Source: Candidatus Omnitrophota bacterium
Lineage (GTDB): Bacteria; Omnitrophota; Gorgyraeia; Tantalellales; Tantalellaceae
Assembly (NCBI GenBank): GCA_043812935.1
Contig: JBDRLO010000059.1
Span: forward strand, 929 to 64,928
DNA length: 64,000 bases
Direction: 5' to 3'
Notes under the pieces: model-generated
What the model saw: only the letters and a program-made list of their open reading frames with translations
The model's database searches: none
Told to the model about the DNA's origin: nothing
Part shown: positions 28,973-39,006 of the stretch, in pieces
How positions within the stretch are numbered: position 1 is the stretch's first letter
How the letters are laid out: the number at the start of each line of letters is the position of its first letter
Made by a program: the position numbers and the translations under genes

Positions 28973-29773
28973 CTACCCCCCTGACAATTCTTCCGAACGC
29001 TGTTTCGCTTTTAAAATAGCAGTTTTTATAATACTTTTCATTTTATTTTCAGTAAAAACAGACAAAGCCGCTTCTGTGGTTCCACCTTTAGAAGAAACCA
29101 TTTTTATCAAATCTTCCGGCAGAAAATCCGTGTTTTTCATAAAAACAGACGATCCGTATAAAGTTTGCGTCACTAATCTTCTTACCATAAACTCTTCAAG
29201 ACCTAACGCGCACCCGGCTTCAATCATAGCTTCTGCTAAATAAAACAAATATGCCGGCCCGCTTCCGGAAAGAGCGGTAATACTATCCATCAAGCTTTCA
29301 TCAATTTCCTGAACTTCACCAATACCAAAAAAAATATTCTTTATTTCATCCGCATTTTTCACTCTTTCATTAAAAGAAATACACGTCATTCCCTCTAACT
29401 CAAATGAAGCCATATTCGGCATAGCTCTAACTACAGGAATTTGCCTTCCAATTTTATCCAATATAGTTTTAATTCTAATACCGGCTGCAATAGACACTAT
29501 GGTTTGATTCTTAATATTTTCAGATATTTGTTTAAGCACAGGATCAAAATCCTGCGGTTTTACCGCAATAATGATAGTATTTGACTCTTGTATTAATGAT
29601 AACAGCTCTTTATCCTCGCAATTGGTTTCTCTCGATAAATTTTCCGACTTTTTCTTGTCTTTATCATTCAAGAAGACAAACTCCGGGTTAATAATTTTTC
29701 GCGCAATAATACTCCTTACAATCGCGCCGCCCATATTTCCGCATCCAATAACACCAAGTTTATATAAACTCAT
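28973..29773 (-). CDS. proC: Pyrroline-5-carboxylate reductase
   Basis: 266 aa. N-terminal GVIGCGNMGGAI Rossmann motif, C-terminal SKGGTTEAAL. Confidence 0.9.
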   Translation of the reverse strand: MSLYKLGVIGCGNMGGAIVRSIIARKIINPEFVFLNDKDKKKSENLSRETNCEDKELLSLIQESNTIIIAVKPQDFDPVLKQISENIKNQTIVSIAAGIRIKTILDKIGRQIPVVRAMPNMASFELEGMTCISFNERVKNADEIKNIFFGIGEVQEIDESLMDSITALSGSGPAYLFYLAEAMIEAGCALGLEEFMVRRLVTQTLYGSSVFMKNTDFLPEDLIKMVSSKGGTTEAALSVFTENKMKSIIKTAILKAKQRSEELSGG

Positions 29774-29811
29774 CTCTCTATTCCTCTGTTTTACGTTTTA
29801 ATAGATGGTTA

Positions 29812-29840
29812 AAAGTATCATAATTTGCTCCTGATGTCAA
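29812..29840 (-). promoter_or_regulatory. Candidate promoter of proC-yggT
   Basis: Minus strand TTGACA (29840-29835), 17-nt spacer, TACTTT (29817-29812), in the 200-nt gap after the ftsA-like gene. Confidence 0.3.
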
Positions 29841-29973
29841 TGTTACACCAGGATTTTCTACTCAGCCCCCAAAAGAAAATATAGTCAATCTCAAAGTTGA
29901 TTATAATATGAAGAACTAATAATATAATAATTAATGTAAATGTTATAAGAATGGACAATTGAATCGTTTGCAG

Positions 29974-31026
29974 TTAAAAATAGCGGTCAATAAAACGTAC
30001 TATATTGTTAATATTGGTTTTAATAAAATTAGTATTACCACGGCGCCAAGCGTTTTCGTTTTCAAGATAGTCCAAAATCCCAAGACTCCCGGTGTAAACT
30101 GCCCTTTCGGGAGGTAATTCTTCAAAAGGCCTGACATGGCAAATTCCGGGAAAAACCGGTAATTTAAAAAACTTCTCCGAGAAATCTATTAAGTCATCCA
30201 TGAAATTGCCTTCTCCCAGGACAATAATCTTCTCATATTTTTCCCATTCTTTTAATTTAGTAATCTCAGAGCAAAAACTCTCTAATTTATATTTCTCAAC
30301 TTCGTTGGCTTGGGAATAAAAATCATTTGCGCCCATTGGAAAAACAATACATTCATTTAATATCCCACGATAAAAAACCATAACTTCCGTCGAATTTTCA
30401 CAAATGTTTAAAAAAGCAACCGTCAGAACTTTATCTTCATCTTTTAAAATCCTATATGCTGAAGCAAGCCCTGAAAAAACAAAACCAGCGGGAACAAACC
30501 CGGCTTGAGCAATACACTTCGACATATTTCTCAAAACCGAGGAATTGATGGTCAAAATATTTACGTCAACCCCAAGTTTTACACCTTCCAGGTTTAATGG
30601 GTTTCTTATGCCTCTTTCATCATCAATATAAAAATCCTTAACAATTTTATGCAAAGGTTCTTTATCTAAACCTATTTTTACCGTTGCCCCTATTTCTACA
30701 CAACGTTTAACATCTGATTCTGTGACCTCTCTTCCATATTTTGAAAGTAAAACAACACCTGAAGAAGGCATAATATTTACAGATTCAGAACTTATCGTTG
30801 CATATACATTCTGAATATGCTTACCGGTCTTACGCATTAATTTATCTAAAACCGCTGCAATTGAATTAGAGGCTTCTGCTGCATCCGTAACCATCCCTTT
30901 TTTAAAACCTTTACATCTTAACCTGCAAAAACCTTCTAACACACATGATCCGGGGGAACGCCATCTCGACGCAACCGCACTGATTTCATCCGCCTTTGTA
31001 TCAATTGCCGCAAAATATTTATTCAT
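29974..31026 (-). CDS. Divergent FtsA-like actin-fold protein with degenerate nucleotide-binding motifs
   Basis: 350 aa, immediately after ftsQ. Alignable to FtsA (KGFKKGMVTDAAEASNSI, NPLNLEGVKLGVDVNILT, VFSGLASAY). Phosphate-1 reads AIDTKAD, phosphate-2 reads FLNICENSTEVMVF (expected DIGGGT.D) and the adenosine motif reads VLGEGNF. Confidence 0.6.
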   Translation of the reverse strand: MNKYFAAIDTKADEISAVASRWRSPGSCVLEGFCRLRCKGFKKGMVTDAAEASNSIAAVLDKLMRKTGKHIQNVYATISSESVNIMPSSGVVLLSKYGREVTESDVKRCVEIGATVKIGLDKEPLHKIVKDFYIDDERGIRNPLNLEGVKLGVDVNILTINSSVLRNMSKCIAQAGFVPAGFVFSGLASAYRILKDEDKVLTVAFLNICENSTEVMVFYRGILNECIVFPMGANDFYSQANEVEKYKLESFCSEITKLKEWEKYEKIIVLGEGNFMDDLIDFSEKFFKLPVFPGICHVRPFEELPPERAVYTGSLGILDYLENENAWRRGNTNFIKTNINNIVRFIDRYF

Positions 31027-31097
31027 AATCCAACCTATTCATCAACCATTACAGCAAATTACGAAAACATCACAGCCTGTTTATACGTATACAGACA

Positions 31098-31892
31098 CTA
31101 TTTAAAAGAAATAACCGCATCTTCAAACCTGAGATCTATATATCTCAAATCCTGTACATTCATATTCGGATCATTTAATATCTCTTTTAATGCGTTAATT
31201 TTACGTGCAAAATTATTTTTCCCGATTTTTACTTCTACATCCGCAATACTCAATACAACATTATTACGATCAGAAACATCAACAAAATCTATATTATTTG
31301 TTTCCAGTCCCATCTCTCGGTCTAATCCTCGAAGCAAAAGTAACGCCCTGCTCAAAACTTTACTATCTATCTTTTCTCCCTTTTTCGGCATGTTAAGAAA
31401 AAATTTCAAACCTTTTATTATTATCACATTTTCGGGATTTTCACCGACAGCAAGCACAACTCCTTCTTCATCAATAACAATATCTCCAAAATCAATTTTC
31501 GCGATTGGCACTCTGCTAACAACATTAAGTTCTATTATATTGGGGAAAATTTTCCGCACTTCAACTTCTTTAAACTGCGGAAAATTATTTTTTATAAATA
31601 TTTCTGCCTGGTTTAAATTAATTGTAAAAATATTGCGGCCTAAATATAATTCGTTAAGTCTATTTGCATCAAGCTCAAAAACATTATCCTCATTTTTATT
31701 TACAGAAATTTCTTTTACCTTAAAAATTTCGTTATTACAAAAATAGTTGCGGATAATAAAACAAGTACCTATTAACAAACCCGCAATAACTGCCGTAATC
31801 AATATAATTTTACCTAAAAATTTTTTTTCATCAATAAAGTTTTCAGAATAAACTTTCTTTCGCGTCCCCTTTGAAACACCTCTTCTTGCCAC
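31098..31892 (-). CDS. ftsQ: Cell division protein FtsQ/DivIB
   Basis: 264 aa. Single TM, then a POTRA-like region (IFKVKEISVNKNED...). Located between ddl and the ftsA-like gene. Confidence 0.75.
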   Translation of the reverse strand: MARRGVSKGTRKKVYSENFIDEKKFLGKIILITAVIAGLLIGTCFIIRNYFCNNEIFKVKEISVNKNEDNVFELDANRLNELYLGRNIFTINLNQAEIFIKNNFPQFKEVEVRKIFPNIIELNVVSRVPIAKIDFGDIVIDEEGVVLAVGENPENVIIIKGLKFFLNMPKKGEKIDSKVLSRALLLLRGLDREMGLETNNIDFVDVSDRNNVVLSIADVEVKIGKNNFARKINALKEILNDPNMNVQDLRYIDLRFEDAVISFK

Positions 31893-31939
31893 TATCCCTC
31901 CTTACTTATGGTTAGCCCTTACACCCATTAGCCGGTTGG

Positions 31940-32920
31940 CTACATAATTCTTCTATTTGCTTCTGCATAATTTTTTTGTTCAAAAACAGAATTTTTTTCA
32001 CCTAATGCTCCAATAAGCATATTAGCACATAAACTAAAAAAATCCAAACCCGCTTCTTTTGCGGCAAGCGGTAATAAACTTCTTTGCGTAAGACCGGGAA
32101 TCGTATTTACTTCTAAAACAAAGATTTTTTCGTCCTCAGATAAGATTAAATCTACCCTTGAAAAATGACGGCAGCCAAGAATTTCATGGGCTTTAACCGC
32201 GGTTTCTTTCACCCTTCGCGTACATTCAGCAGATAACTCAGCAGGAACAAGATATCGGGTTTCATTTGATTTATATTTCGCGTTAAAATCATATATACCG
32301 TTTGCGGCAATCACTTCAACCACGGGTAGAGCTCTATCATTTAAAATACCAACAGTCAATTCTCTGCCGGAAATGAATTGTTCCAGCATTATCTCTTTTC
32401 CGAATTGAAACGCATTTTTTATTGAATCGCGAAAACTATCCTGCGACGAAACAATAGAAACACCGACACTGGATCCTTCATTCCGCGGTTTAATAACACA
32501 GGGATATTCTATGTTCAACGTTAAAACGTCATCAGTTTCGTTAACAAGAATATGTTCCGGTACAACTAAACCAATTTCTTTGAATTTGTTTTTGGAAGTT
32601 ATTTTATCCAGCGCAAGTGCCGAAGCTTCCGGACCTGAACCCGTATATGGAATCCTCCTATTCTCAAATAACCGCTGTATTACTCCGTCTTCTCCAAGCT
32701 TTCCATGTAAAGCAATAAATGCAACGTCAATATCAATACCAGCTATTAATACTTCCAAGCTATCTTCTTCTACGTTAAAAAATTCACAATCCAAACCAGA
32801 CGCTTTTAAAACATCAAAAACCGCTGTTCCGCTTTTAAGGCTGATTTCACTTTCGCTTGAATTACCGCCGGCAAAAATACCTATTTTATTTGGTTTAATA
32901 ATATCAAATAGTTCTGTCAT
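31940..32920 (-). CDS. ddl: D-alanine--D-alanine ligase
   Basis: 326 aa ATP-grasp protein (HGKLGEDGVIQ, EVNTIPGLT). Confidence 0.95.
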   Translation of the reverse strand: MTELFDIIKPNKIGIFAGGNSSESEISLKSGTAVFDVLKASGLDCEFFNVEEDSLEVLIAGIDIDVAFIALHGKLGEDGVIQRLFENRRIPYTGSGPEASALALDKITSKNKFKEIGLVVPEHILVNETDDVLTLNIEYPCVIKPRNEGSSVGVSIVSSQDSFRDSIKNAFQFGKEIMLEQFISGRELTVGILNDRALPVVEVIAANGIYDFNAKYKSNETRYLVPAELSAECTRRVKETAVKAHEILGCRHFSRVDLILSEDEKIFVLEVNTIPGLTQRSLLPLAAKEAGLDFFSLCANMLIGALGEKNSVFEQKNYAEANRRIM

Positions 32921-33005
32921 AGAATCTCCACCTTTATAAATTTTCTATTTATTTTCCAAAAATTTTTTTGCTCAAGACCGTTAAGATAATCCAGTTACTC
33001 TACCT

Positions 33006-33986
33006 TCACAATATTTCAATTTCAGGTTCAAGCGTAACTGAAAACTTTTTTTCTATGTCATATTTCACGTTCTGTATAAGGTTACTAATATCAGAGGCCG
33101 TTGCCTGTCCGGTATTTATAATAAAATTCGCATGTTTTTCAGATATCTTCGCGTTTCCGCACTGAAACCCCTTTTTACCGGCTTTATCTATAAGCTGTCC
33201 GCTAGTATACTTACTTGCCAGCGGATTCTTGAAAATACACCCTAATGTTTTGGCACCAAGCGGCTGTGTCCGCATTTTTAGTGAAAAATACTCTTTCATT
33301 TTGTTTTTAATTTCTAAAACAGGCGCTTTTTTAAAATCAAAGTCCGCCTGCACAATTATATCCTGTTTTTTAAAAGAAGAATACCGGTACCCAAAATCTA
33401 TTTCTTCTTTTTTCAACCACTCAAACTTCCCGCGGCTATTAAGTATTAAAACTTTCAACAGATTCTCCGAAATGGCGCTTATATGCGAAGCATTAATTTT
33501 AAGCGCGCCGCCGATTGTAGCAGGTATTCCGACCAGCCCCTCTAATCCGGATAAACCGTTCAAACAGGAATGCGCTATAAGCCTCCTCAAATGCGTTCCG
33601 GCACCTGCCCTAACAACAGATTTTTTTATCCTGATACATTCAAAGAAATCTCCCTCCAATTTCAACACAACCGTGTCAATTCCCTTATCCGAAATCAATA
33701 TATTACTGCCGTTACCAATAACCATAACCGGAACGTTAACAGAATCTAAAAACAACTTTATTCTCTGCAAAGTTTTCACATCTACCGGCGTACACCAAGC
33801 CGCGGCTTTACCACCAACACCAATTGTATTGCAGGTTGAAAGCGGAAAATCAAATAAAACACGGCCTCCACCGGATTCACATATATTTTTTAATTCTTTC
33901 TTAATTTTAGTATTCAGCATTTGACCGCCGCTTATTACCGCGTTATTCTCATTAGTCAGTTCTACTGCCCTGTATTTTTTTGACAA
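33006..33986 (-). CDS. murB: UDP-N-acetylenolpyruvoylglucosamine reductase
   Basis: 326 aa. FAD-binding GVGGKAA, GNGSNIL, C-terminal SEKHANFIIN. True start may be the internal MLNTK (33920). Confidence 0.9.
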   Translation of the reverse strand: MSKKYRAVELTNENNAVISGGQMLNTKIKKELKNICESGGGRVLFDFPLSTCNTIGVGGKAAAWCTPVDVKTLQRIKLFLDSVNVPVMVIGNGSNILISDKGIDTVVLKLEGDFFECIRIKKSVVRAGAGTHLRRLIAHSCLNGLSGLEGLVGIPATIGGALKINASHISAISENLLKVLILNSRGKFEWLKKEEIDFGYRYSSFKKQDIIVQADFDFKKAPVLEIKNKMKEYFSLKMRTQPLGAKTLGCIFKNPLASKYTSGQLIDKAGKKGFQCGNAKISEKHANFIINTGQATASDISNLIQNVKYDIEKKFSVTLEPEIEIL

Positions 33987-35334
33987 TTTCCGAAGAAATC
34001 TGCCTTATATCTCCAGCGCCTAAAACCAATACTATATCATTCCTCTTAACGATTCCTGAAATCGATTCAGGGATGTCTTCTTTTTTTAAAAACAAAGTTT
34101 TTTCAAATCTCGTTTTATCCAAAACTTTATATAATCCGCCGGCATTAATATCCCCTTTTATTTCTTCATCCGCGGAATAAATATCCGTTAAAACCAGAAT
34201 ATCAGTAGAATAAAAACACTCAGCAAATTCTTTTATTAAATCCTTTGTCCGGCTATACCGATGCGGCTGAAAAACCGACACAACCCTGCCCGATGAATAA
34301 TTTTTGGCCGCTGTAATTACAGCATTTATTTCTGTCGGATGATGAGCGTAATCTTCAATTATTTTTATACCACCGCATTCGCCTACTATATCAAATCTCC
34401 TCTTTACTCCGTTAAAAGAAGCTATGGCATCGGCAATTTGAGTGAAATCAAGTTTCATTTCCAAACCTACGGCTGCTGCCGCCAGTATATTCATTAAATT
34501 ATATCTTCCGATAAGCGAAGATCTAACCCTGCCCATGCCCCTGCCAAACGCTTTCAGATCAAACTCGATACTTTTATCATAAATATAATTACTAGCACAA
34601 ACATCAAACTTTTTCTCTATTCCAAAAGAAATGTTTTTACATGAATTTTTTCTTACAAAATCGTCTAAAATTTCATCTTCACCATTATAAACACAAAAAC
34701 CCTGCTTATCTATCCGGCTGACAAATTCTTTATAAGCTTCTATCAAATTATTCATTGACCCGTAATTTTCGATATGTTCTCTTTCAATATTTGTAACTAC
34801 ACCGGAACTTACATCTATATTTCGAAAATAACCGTCGCTCTCATCAATTTCAGCAGCCACTATACCCGAAGCTCCGAATTTAAAATTCCCATTAAAAGAA
34901 TCCACTTCACCTCCGATCAAAACCGTGGGGTCTTTTCCGCAATATGACAAAATATGTGAAATCAAACCCGTTGTTGTAGTCTTGCCGTGTGTTCCCGTAA
35001 TCCCAACGGAAAACCGCGCTCTATTAATAATGCTTTTAAGCATTTGCCCTCTTGAAATAACATTAATACCTGAATTTGCGGCCTGAACTATTTCGGGGTT
35101 ATCATCCCTAATACAGCTAGACTTTACAACGATATCCGTATCCTTGGCCACATTACCCGCATCATGCCCGTCATATATTAACACTCCGCTTTTGGATAAC
35201 CGCCGGGTAAGATTATTAGGACGCAGATCTGAACCGCTTACGATATCACCATCCGCAAGACAAATCCCGGCTATGGCACTCATCCCTATACCGCCAATTC
35301 CAACAAAATGTATTTTTTTTATGTTGTCTTGCAT
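33952..35334 (-). CDS. murC: UDP-N-acetylmuramate--L-alanine ligase
   Basis: 460 aa. HFVGIGGIGMSAIA and GTHGKTTTT motifs. Confidence 0.95.
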   Translation of the reverse strand: MQDNIKKIHFVGIGGIGMSAIAGICLADGDIVSGSDLRPNNLTRRLSKSGVLIYDGHDAGNVAKDTDIVVKSSCIRDDNPEIVQAANSGINVISRGQMLKSIINRARFSVGITGTHGKTTTTGLISHILSYCGKDPTVLIGGEVDSFNGNFKFGASGIVAAEIDESDGYFRNIDVSSGVVTNIEREHIENYGSMNNLIEAYKEFVSRIDKQGFCVYNGEDEILDDFVRKNSCKNISFGIEKKFDVCASNYIYDKSIEFDLKAFGRGMGRVRSSLIGRYNLMNILAAAAVGLEMKLDFTQIADAIASFNGVKRRFDIVGECGGIKIIEDYAHHPTEINAVITAAKNYSSGRVVSVFQPHRYSRTKDLIKEFAECFYSTDILVLTDIYSADEEIKGDINAGGLYKVLDKTRFEKTLFLKKEDIPESISGIVKRNDIVLVLGAGDIRQISSEIVKKIQGSRTD

Positions 35335-35341
35335 ATTTGCT

Positions 35342-36448
35342 CTATTTATTTTTAACTGCTAAATTAAAAACTTCTTCGGCCAATTTTTTCCCGGCATCCG
35401 GACAAGCAAGACTACCGGCTGATTGTGATAGTTCAAAAAGTTTGTTCTTATTAAACAAAATCTCAACAATTTCTTCCGCCAAGTTTTCAGAGGAAAATGT
35501 CCCCTCTTCTTTATAAACTGCAGCTTTCTTGTCTGAAAAATACCGTGCGTTTGACCTTTGATTATTTTTTGGATTAGGATAAGGAACCAATATCATTGCC
35601 CTTGAATAATACGCAAGCTCAAAAACCGCTGCCGCACCTGATCTTGTAACCGCCAGATCACTCGCAGCATACGCGTCAGAAATCGATTCTAAAAATGAAA
35701 AAACTTTTCCGGGAATTACATTTTCCTCATAAAACTGTTTTATCCGCAAATAATCCTTTGCTCCCGTAAGATGTATAAACTGTAACTTTTGAGGCATTTT
35801 TTTATTCATTATTACTGCCGCCCGGGAAACAGTTTCATTCAAAAACGAACATCCCTGACTGCCTCCCATTATAAGTACTGTTTTTATGCCGGGGAATAAT
35901 CCAAGTCTCTTGGCTGCCGCGTCCCTATCCTTTAAAAGCGTATCTATTCTCAAAGGATTACCCGAATAAACCGTTTTTGATTTAACATTCGCGAAATATT
36001 TATCCGTCCCATCAAAACTAAGCGCAACTTTGTCTGCTATTCGGCACAATATCTTATTAGCCCTGCCAGGCGCAAAATTCTGTTCATGCAAAAGAATGGG
36101 AACACCAAATACCTTTGCCGCCACACAAGTCGTTCCTGACGAATAACCTCCGAAACCAACAACCGCATCAGGTTTAACTGTCAGAATTATATACAACGAA
36201 CAAAGAATATCCGCAAAAAACTTTAACGCAAAAACCGCAAACTTAAACACATTAAAAGTTAAAGGCATTGGATTTACAGACAGAAAAAAACACGGATATC
36301 TACTGTTTTTAAAAATATTTTTGTCCAAACGTCTTTTACTTGAAACAAAAAATATATCAGTATTCCCTTTCTTTTTTAATTCATCAGCTAAAGCTATTGA
36401 CGGAAAAATATGGCCTCCGCTTCCGCCGGCAGCAAGAATGACTTTCAT
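35342..36448 (-). CDS. murG: Lipid II synthase MurG (undecaprenyl-PP-MurNAc-pentapeptide GlcNAc transferase)
   Basis: 368 aa. AAGGSGGHIFP and TRSGAAAVFEL motifs. Confidence 0.95.
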   Translation of the reverse strand: MKVILAAGGSGGHIFPSIALADELKKKGNTDIFFVSSKRRLDKNIFKNSRYPCFFLSVNPMPLTFNVFKFAVFALKFFADILCSLYIILTVKPDAVVGFGGYSSGTTCVAAKVFGVPILLHEQNFAPGRANKILCRIADKVALSFDGTDKYFANVKSKTVYSGNPLRIDTLLKDRDAAAKRLGLFPGIKTVLIMGGSQGCSFLNETVSRAAVIMNKKMPQKLQFIHLTGAKDYLRIKQFYEENVIPGKVFSFLESISDAYAASDLAVTRSGAAAVFELAYYSRAMILVPYPNPKNNQRSNARYFSDKKAAVYKEEGTFSSENLAEEIVEILFNKNKLFELSQSAGSLACPDAGKKLAEEVFNLAVKNK

Positions 36449-36449
36449 A

Positions 36450-37535
36450 TTATTCCGCCTCCCTTGCCATATTCAAAACAAGACCAATTGCCGCAAGATG
36501 ACAAACCAAAGAACTTCCGCCGTAACTAATAAAAGGTAACGGCAACCCTTTTGTCGGGAGAACACCGGTGGATACTCCCACATTTACCAATACTTCAAAC
36601 GCAATTATAATACTTATTCCAAGAACTGTGCGCGAAGCAAAAACATTCCGGAGTCTAAGCGCAATTCTTATTGAAACCCAAATTAAAACCGCAAAAAGCG
36701 CAAGTACTAATGCCGTGCCCGCAAAACCTGCCTCTTCGCCTATTATTGAAAATATAAAATCTGTATGTGAAGCCGGCAAATAAAAAAGTTTTTGTTTTGA
36801 CATCCCCAGCCCTGTTCCCCAGAACCCTCCTGATCCCAAAGCAATAAAAGACTGTACTAACTGAAACCCCGCGCCTTTTGCATCTTTCCAGGGGTTAAAA
36901 ACTATAATTATGCGTTTTATCCGATACGGCGCAATAATAACCGCCGTACATAACGCGGGTAAAGCCGATGCCGTTATAAAACCCAAATGTTTCAATTTCA
37001 ACCCTGAGACAAATAAAACAGCGCCTCCCGCAAAAAGTATTGAAACACAAGTTCCCATATCAGGCTCCAAAAGTACTAATCCGGCTGTAAGCCCCGTAAC
37101 AAAAAGCGGCGGCAATATTCCCTGCCTAAAATTCTCAATTAAATATTTTTTGCGGGCAGTTAAATCCGCCAGATAAATTATGAGCGCAAACTTAGCTAAT
37201 TCCGAAGGTTGAACATTCATTCCAAAAACAGATATCCACCTCCGCGCGCCGCCGGCCATTTTTCCTACACCAGGAACAAGAACTATCAGCAAAAGAAAAA
37301 GCACGCACAACATTATAGCCCTGGAGTTATCGGCAATTTTTTTAGACGGTACTGCCATACAAAAAACCGCCGCGCTTAATCCAACAACTAAATACACCAA
37401 ATGTCTTAACACAAAATACAAACTATTTCCATATTGGCGATAAGCGTAAACCGCACTTGAAGAATAAATCATCACTACCCCGATCATTAAAAGAATCGAA
37501 ACTATTATTATAATTATTTTCGAATCATTCTTCAT
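36450..37535 (-). CDS. ftsW: SEDS protein FtsW
   Basis: 361 aa polytopic FtsW/RodA family protein, between murD and murG. Confidence 0.9.
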   Translation of the reverse strand: MKNDSKIIIIIVSILLMIGVVMIYSSSAVYAYRQYGNSLYFVLRHLVYLVVGLSAAVFCMAVPSKKIADNSRAIMLCVLFLLLIVLVPGVGKMAGGARRWISVFGMNVQPSELAKFALIIYLADLTARKKYLIENFRQGILPPLFVTGLTAGLVLLEPDMGTCVSILFAGGAVLFVSGLKLKHLGFITASALPALCTAVIIAPYRIKRIIIVFNPWKDAKGAGFQLVQSFIALGSGGFWGTGLGMSKQKLFYLPASHTDFIFSIIGEEAGFAGTALVLALFAVLIWVSIRIALRLRNVFASRTVLGISIIIAFEVLVNVGVSTGVLPTKGLPLPFISYGGSSLVCHLAAIGLVLNMAREAE

Positions 37536-37556
37536 GTTTTTTTAGAAAACTTTAGT

Positions 37557-38900
37557 TTATGTTAATTTTTCATCACTTGCTGTTTCATACTGTTTTTTAA
37601 CTTCTTCCTGAAAAGCTTTACCTCGTTCTTTATAACTTGAAAACATGTCAAAACTGGAACACATGGGAGACAATATAACTGCTTCCCCACGCTTTGCCAA
37701 TGATATACTTTTACACACAGCTTCTTTCATGCCTGAAACACTAAACACAGGCACCACATCATTAAAAACCTGTTTTATCTTTTTTTGTGCTTCTCCCATA
37801 AGCACCATAGCTTTTACTTTTTCTTTTACTAAAGGCATAACCAAATCATAATTTCCGCCTTTATCCCGGCCTCCTGCTATAAGCACCACTTTCTTGTCTA
37901 TGGATTCCAACGCGGAATAAACTGCACCAACATTTGTTGCTTTTGAATCATCAATAAAATCAATACCATTAAAATTGAATACTCCTTCAAGGCGATGGCC
38001 TAACCCTTTAAACCCGGACACCGAGCTTCGGATAACCTTTTCATCTATTCCCATTGCCAGCGCCGCGCAAACAGCGCCCTCAACGTTATCCCTGTTATGC
38101 CTCCCTTTTAAAAGAATCTCATTTTCCCTGAGAATAAAACTCCCATCATCAACGTTAACAACAATATCACCTTCTTTTTTAGCAAAATAAACAATACGGC
38201 TTTTAATACTATCTACAATGGGATCATTTAAAAACACAGAATTTATAACAGCATAATCTTTATTTGTTTGATTTTTAAAAATTTTAAATTTTTCTTTTTG
38301 ATAATTCGCGTAATTTCCATGCCTCTCATAATGATCATCCGTAATATTAAGTAAAACCGCGACTCTAGGCCGAAAATCCTTTATTGTTTGAAGCTGAAAA
38401 GAACTAACCTCCACAACCGCAATACTGTCCTCTGTAAGAAACTCCACCTCTCCGCTCAAAGGGTTTCCAATATTTCCGCATACAATTGTATGTTTACCGG
38501 CACATGAAAATATTTTACCAATAAGCTCTGTTGTAGTAGTTTTTCCGTTAGTTCCAGTTACTGCCACAATCGGCGCAGGACAAAATAAAAATCCTAACTC
38601 CAGTTCGCCTAACACTAAAGCTTCTTTGGAAAATAAATTCGTAGATTTTAAAACTTCAATATCAATTCCAGGACTAACAACCACTATTTCAGCGTCAGAA
38701 CAAAAACTAGAAGTATGGCCGCCCGTTTCATACCTCACAGAAAATTCATCCAGACTTTTTAAGCGTTCAGAGACATCCGGACTATCAGAATTGTCGCTGA
38801 TTTTTACAAAAGCTCCTTTATTCAACATAAGTTTAGAAGCCGCGTATCCGCTTTCACCAAACCCTAAAATCAAAACTTTCTTACCCTTAACGTTTAACAT
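37557..38900 (-). CDS. murD: UDP-N-acetylmuramoylalanine--D-glutamate ligase
   Basis: 447 aa. GFGESGYA and GTNGKTTTT motifs. Confidence 0.95.
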   Translation of the reverse strand: MLNVKGKKVLILGFGESGYAASKLMLNKGAFVKISDNSDSPDVSERLKSLDEFSVRYETGGHTSSFCSDAEIVVVSPGIDIEVLKSTNLFSKEALVLGELELGFLFCPAPIVAVTGTNGKTTTTELIGKIFSCAGKHTIVCGNIGNPLSGEVEFLTEDSIAVVEVSSFQLQTIKDFRPRVAVLLNITDDHYERHGNYANYQKEKFKIFKNQTNKDYAVINSVFLNDPIVDSIKSRIVYFAKKEGDIVVNVDDGSFILRENEILLKGRHNRDNVEGAVCAALAMGIDEKVIRSSVSGFKGLGHRLEGVFNFNGIDFIDDSKATNVGAVYSALESIDKKVVLIAGGRDKGGNYDLVMPLVKEKVKAMVLMGEAQKKIKQVFNDVVPVFSVSGMKEAVCKSISLAKRGEAVILSPMCSSFDMFSSYKERGKAFQEEVKKQYETASDEKLT

Positions 38901-38947
38901 AATATTTCATCAATGTTCTTTCTTCTTAATCACATAGGTTTTTATCC

Positions 38948-38967
38948 GGGCGGGGAAACCCCGCCCC
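38948..38967. repeat. GGGCGGGG-AAA-CCCCGCCC hairpin followed by CTAC
   Basis: Identical to 28614-28633. Lies in the 259-nt mraY-murD spacer. Confidence 0.85.
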
Positions 38968-39006
38968 TACTGGTCAACCGGCGTAAGGAGCTAACCGACA
39001 TCTTAC

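Noticed and set aside
29774-29973. A possible ftsZ remnant in the gap after the ftsA-like gene.
   Set aside because: The gap is only 200 nt of AT-rich DNA containing promoter-like signals for proC. No frame gives tubulin-like sequence.
33229-33924. Long plus-strand ORFs, for example 231 aa here, 193 aa at 19665-20246 and 145 aa at 63453-63890.
   Set aside because: They lie entirely antisense to strongly supported genes (murB, mreB, icd). Their composition is S/P/I-rich and low in complexity, typical of shadow ORFs in AT-rich DNA, and no SD is present.
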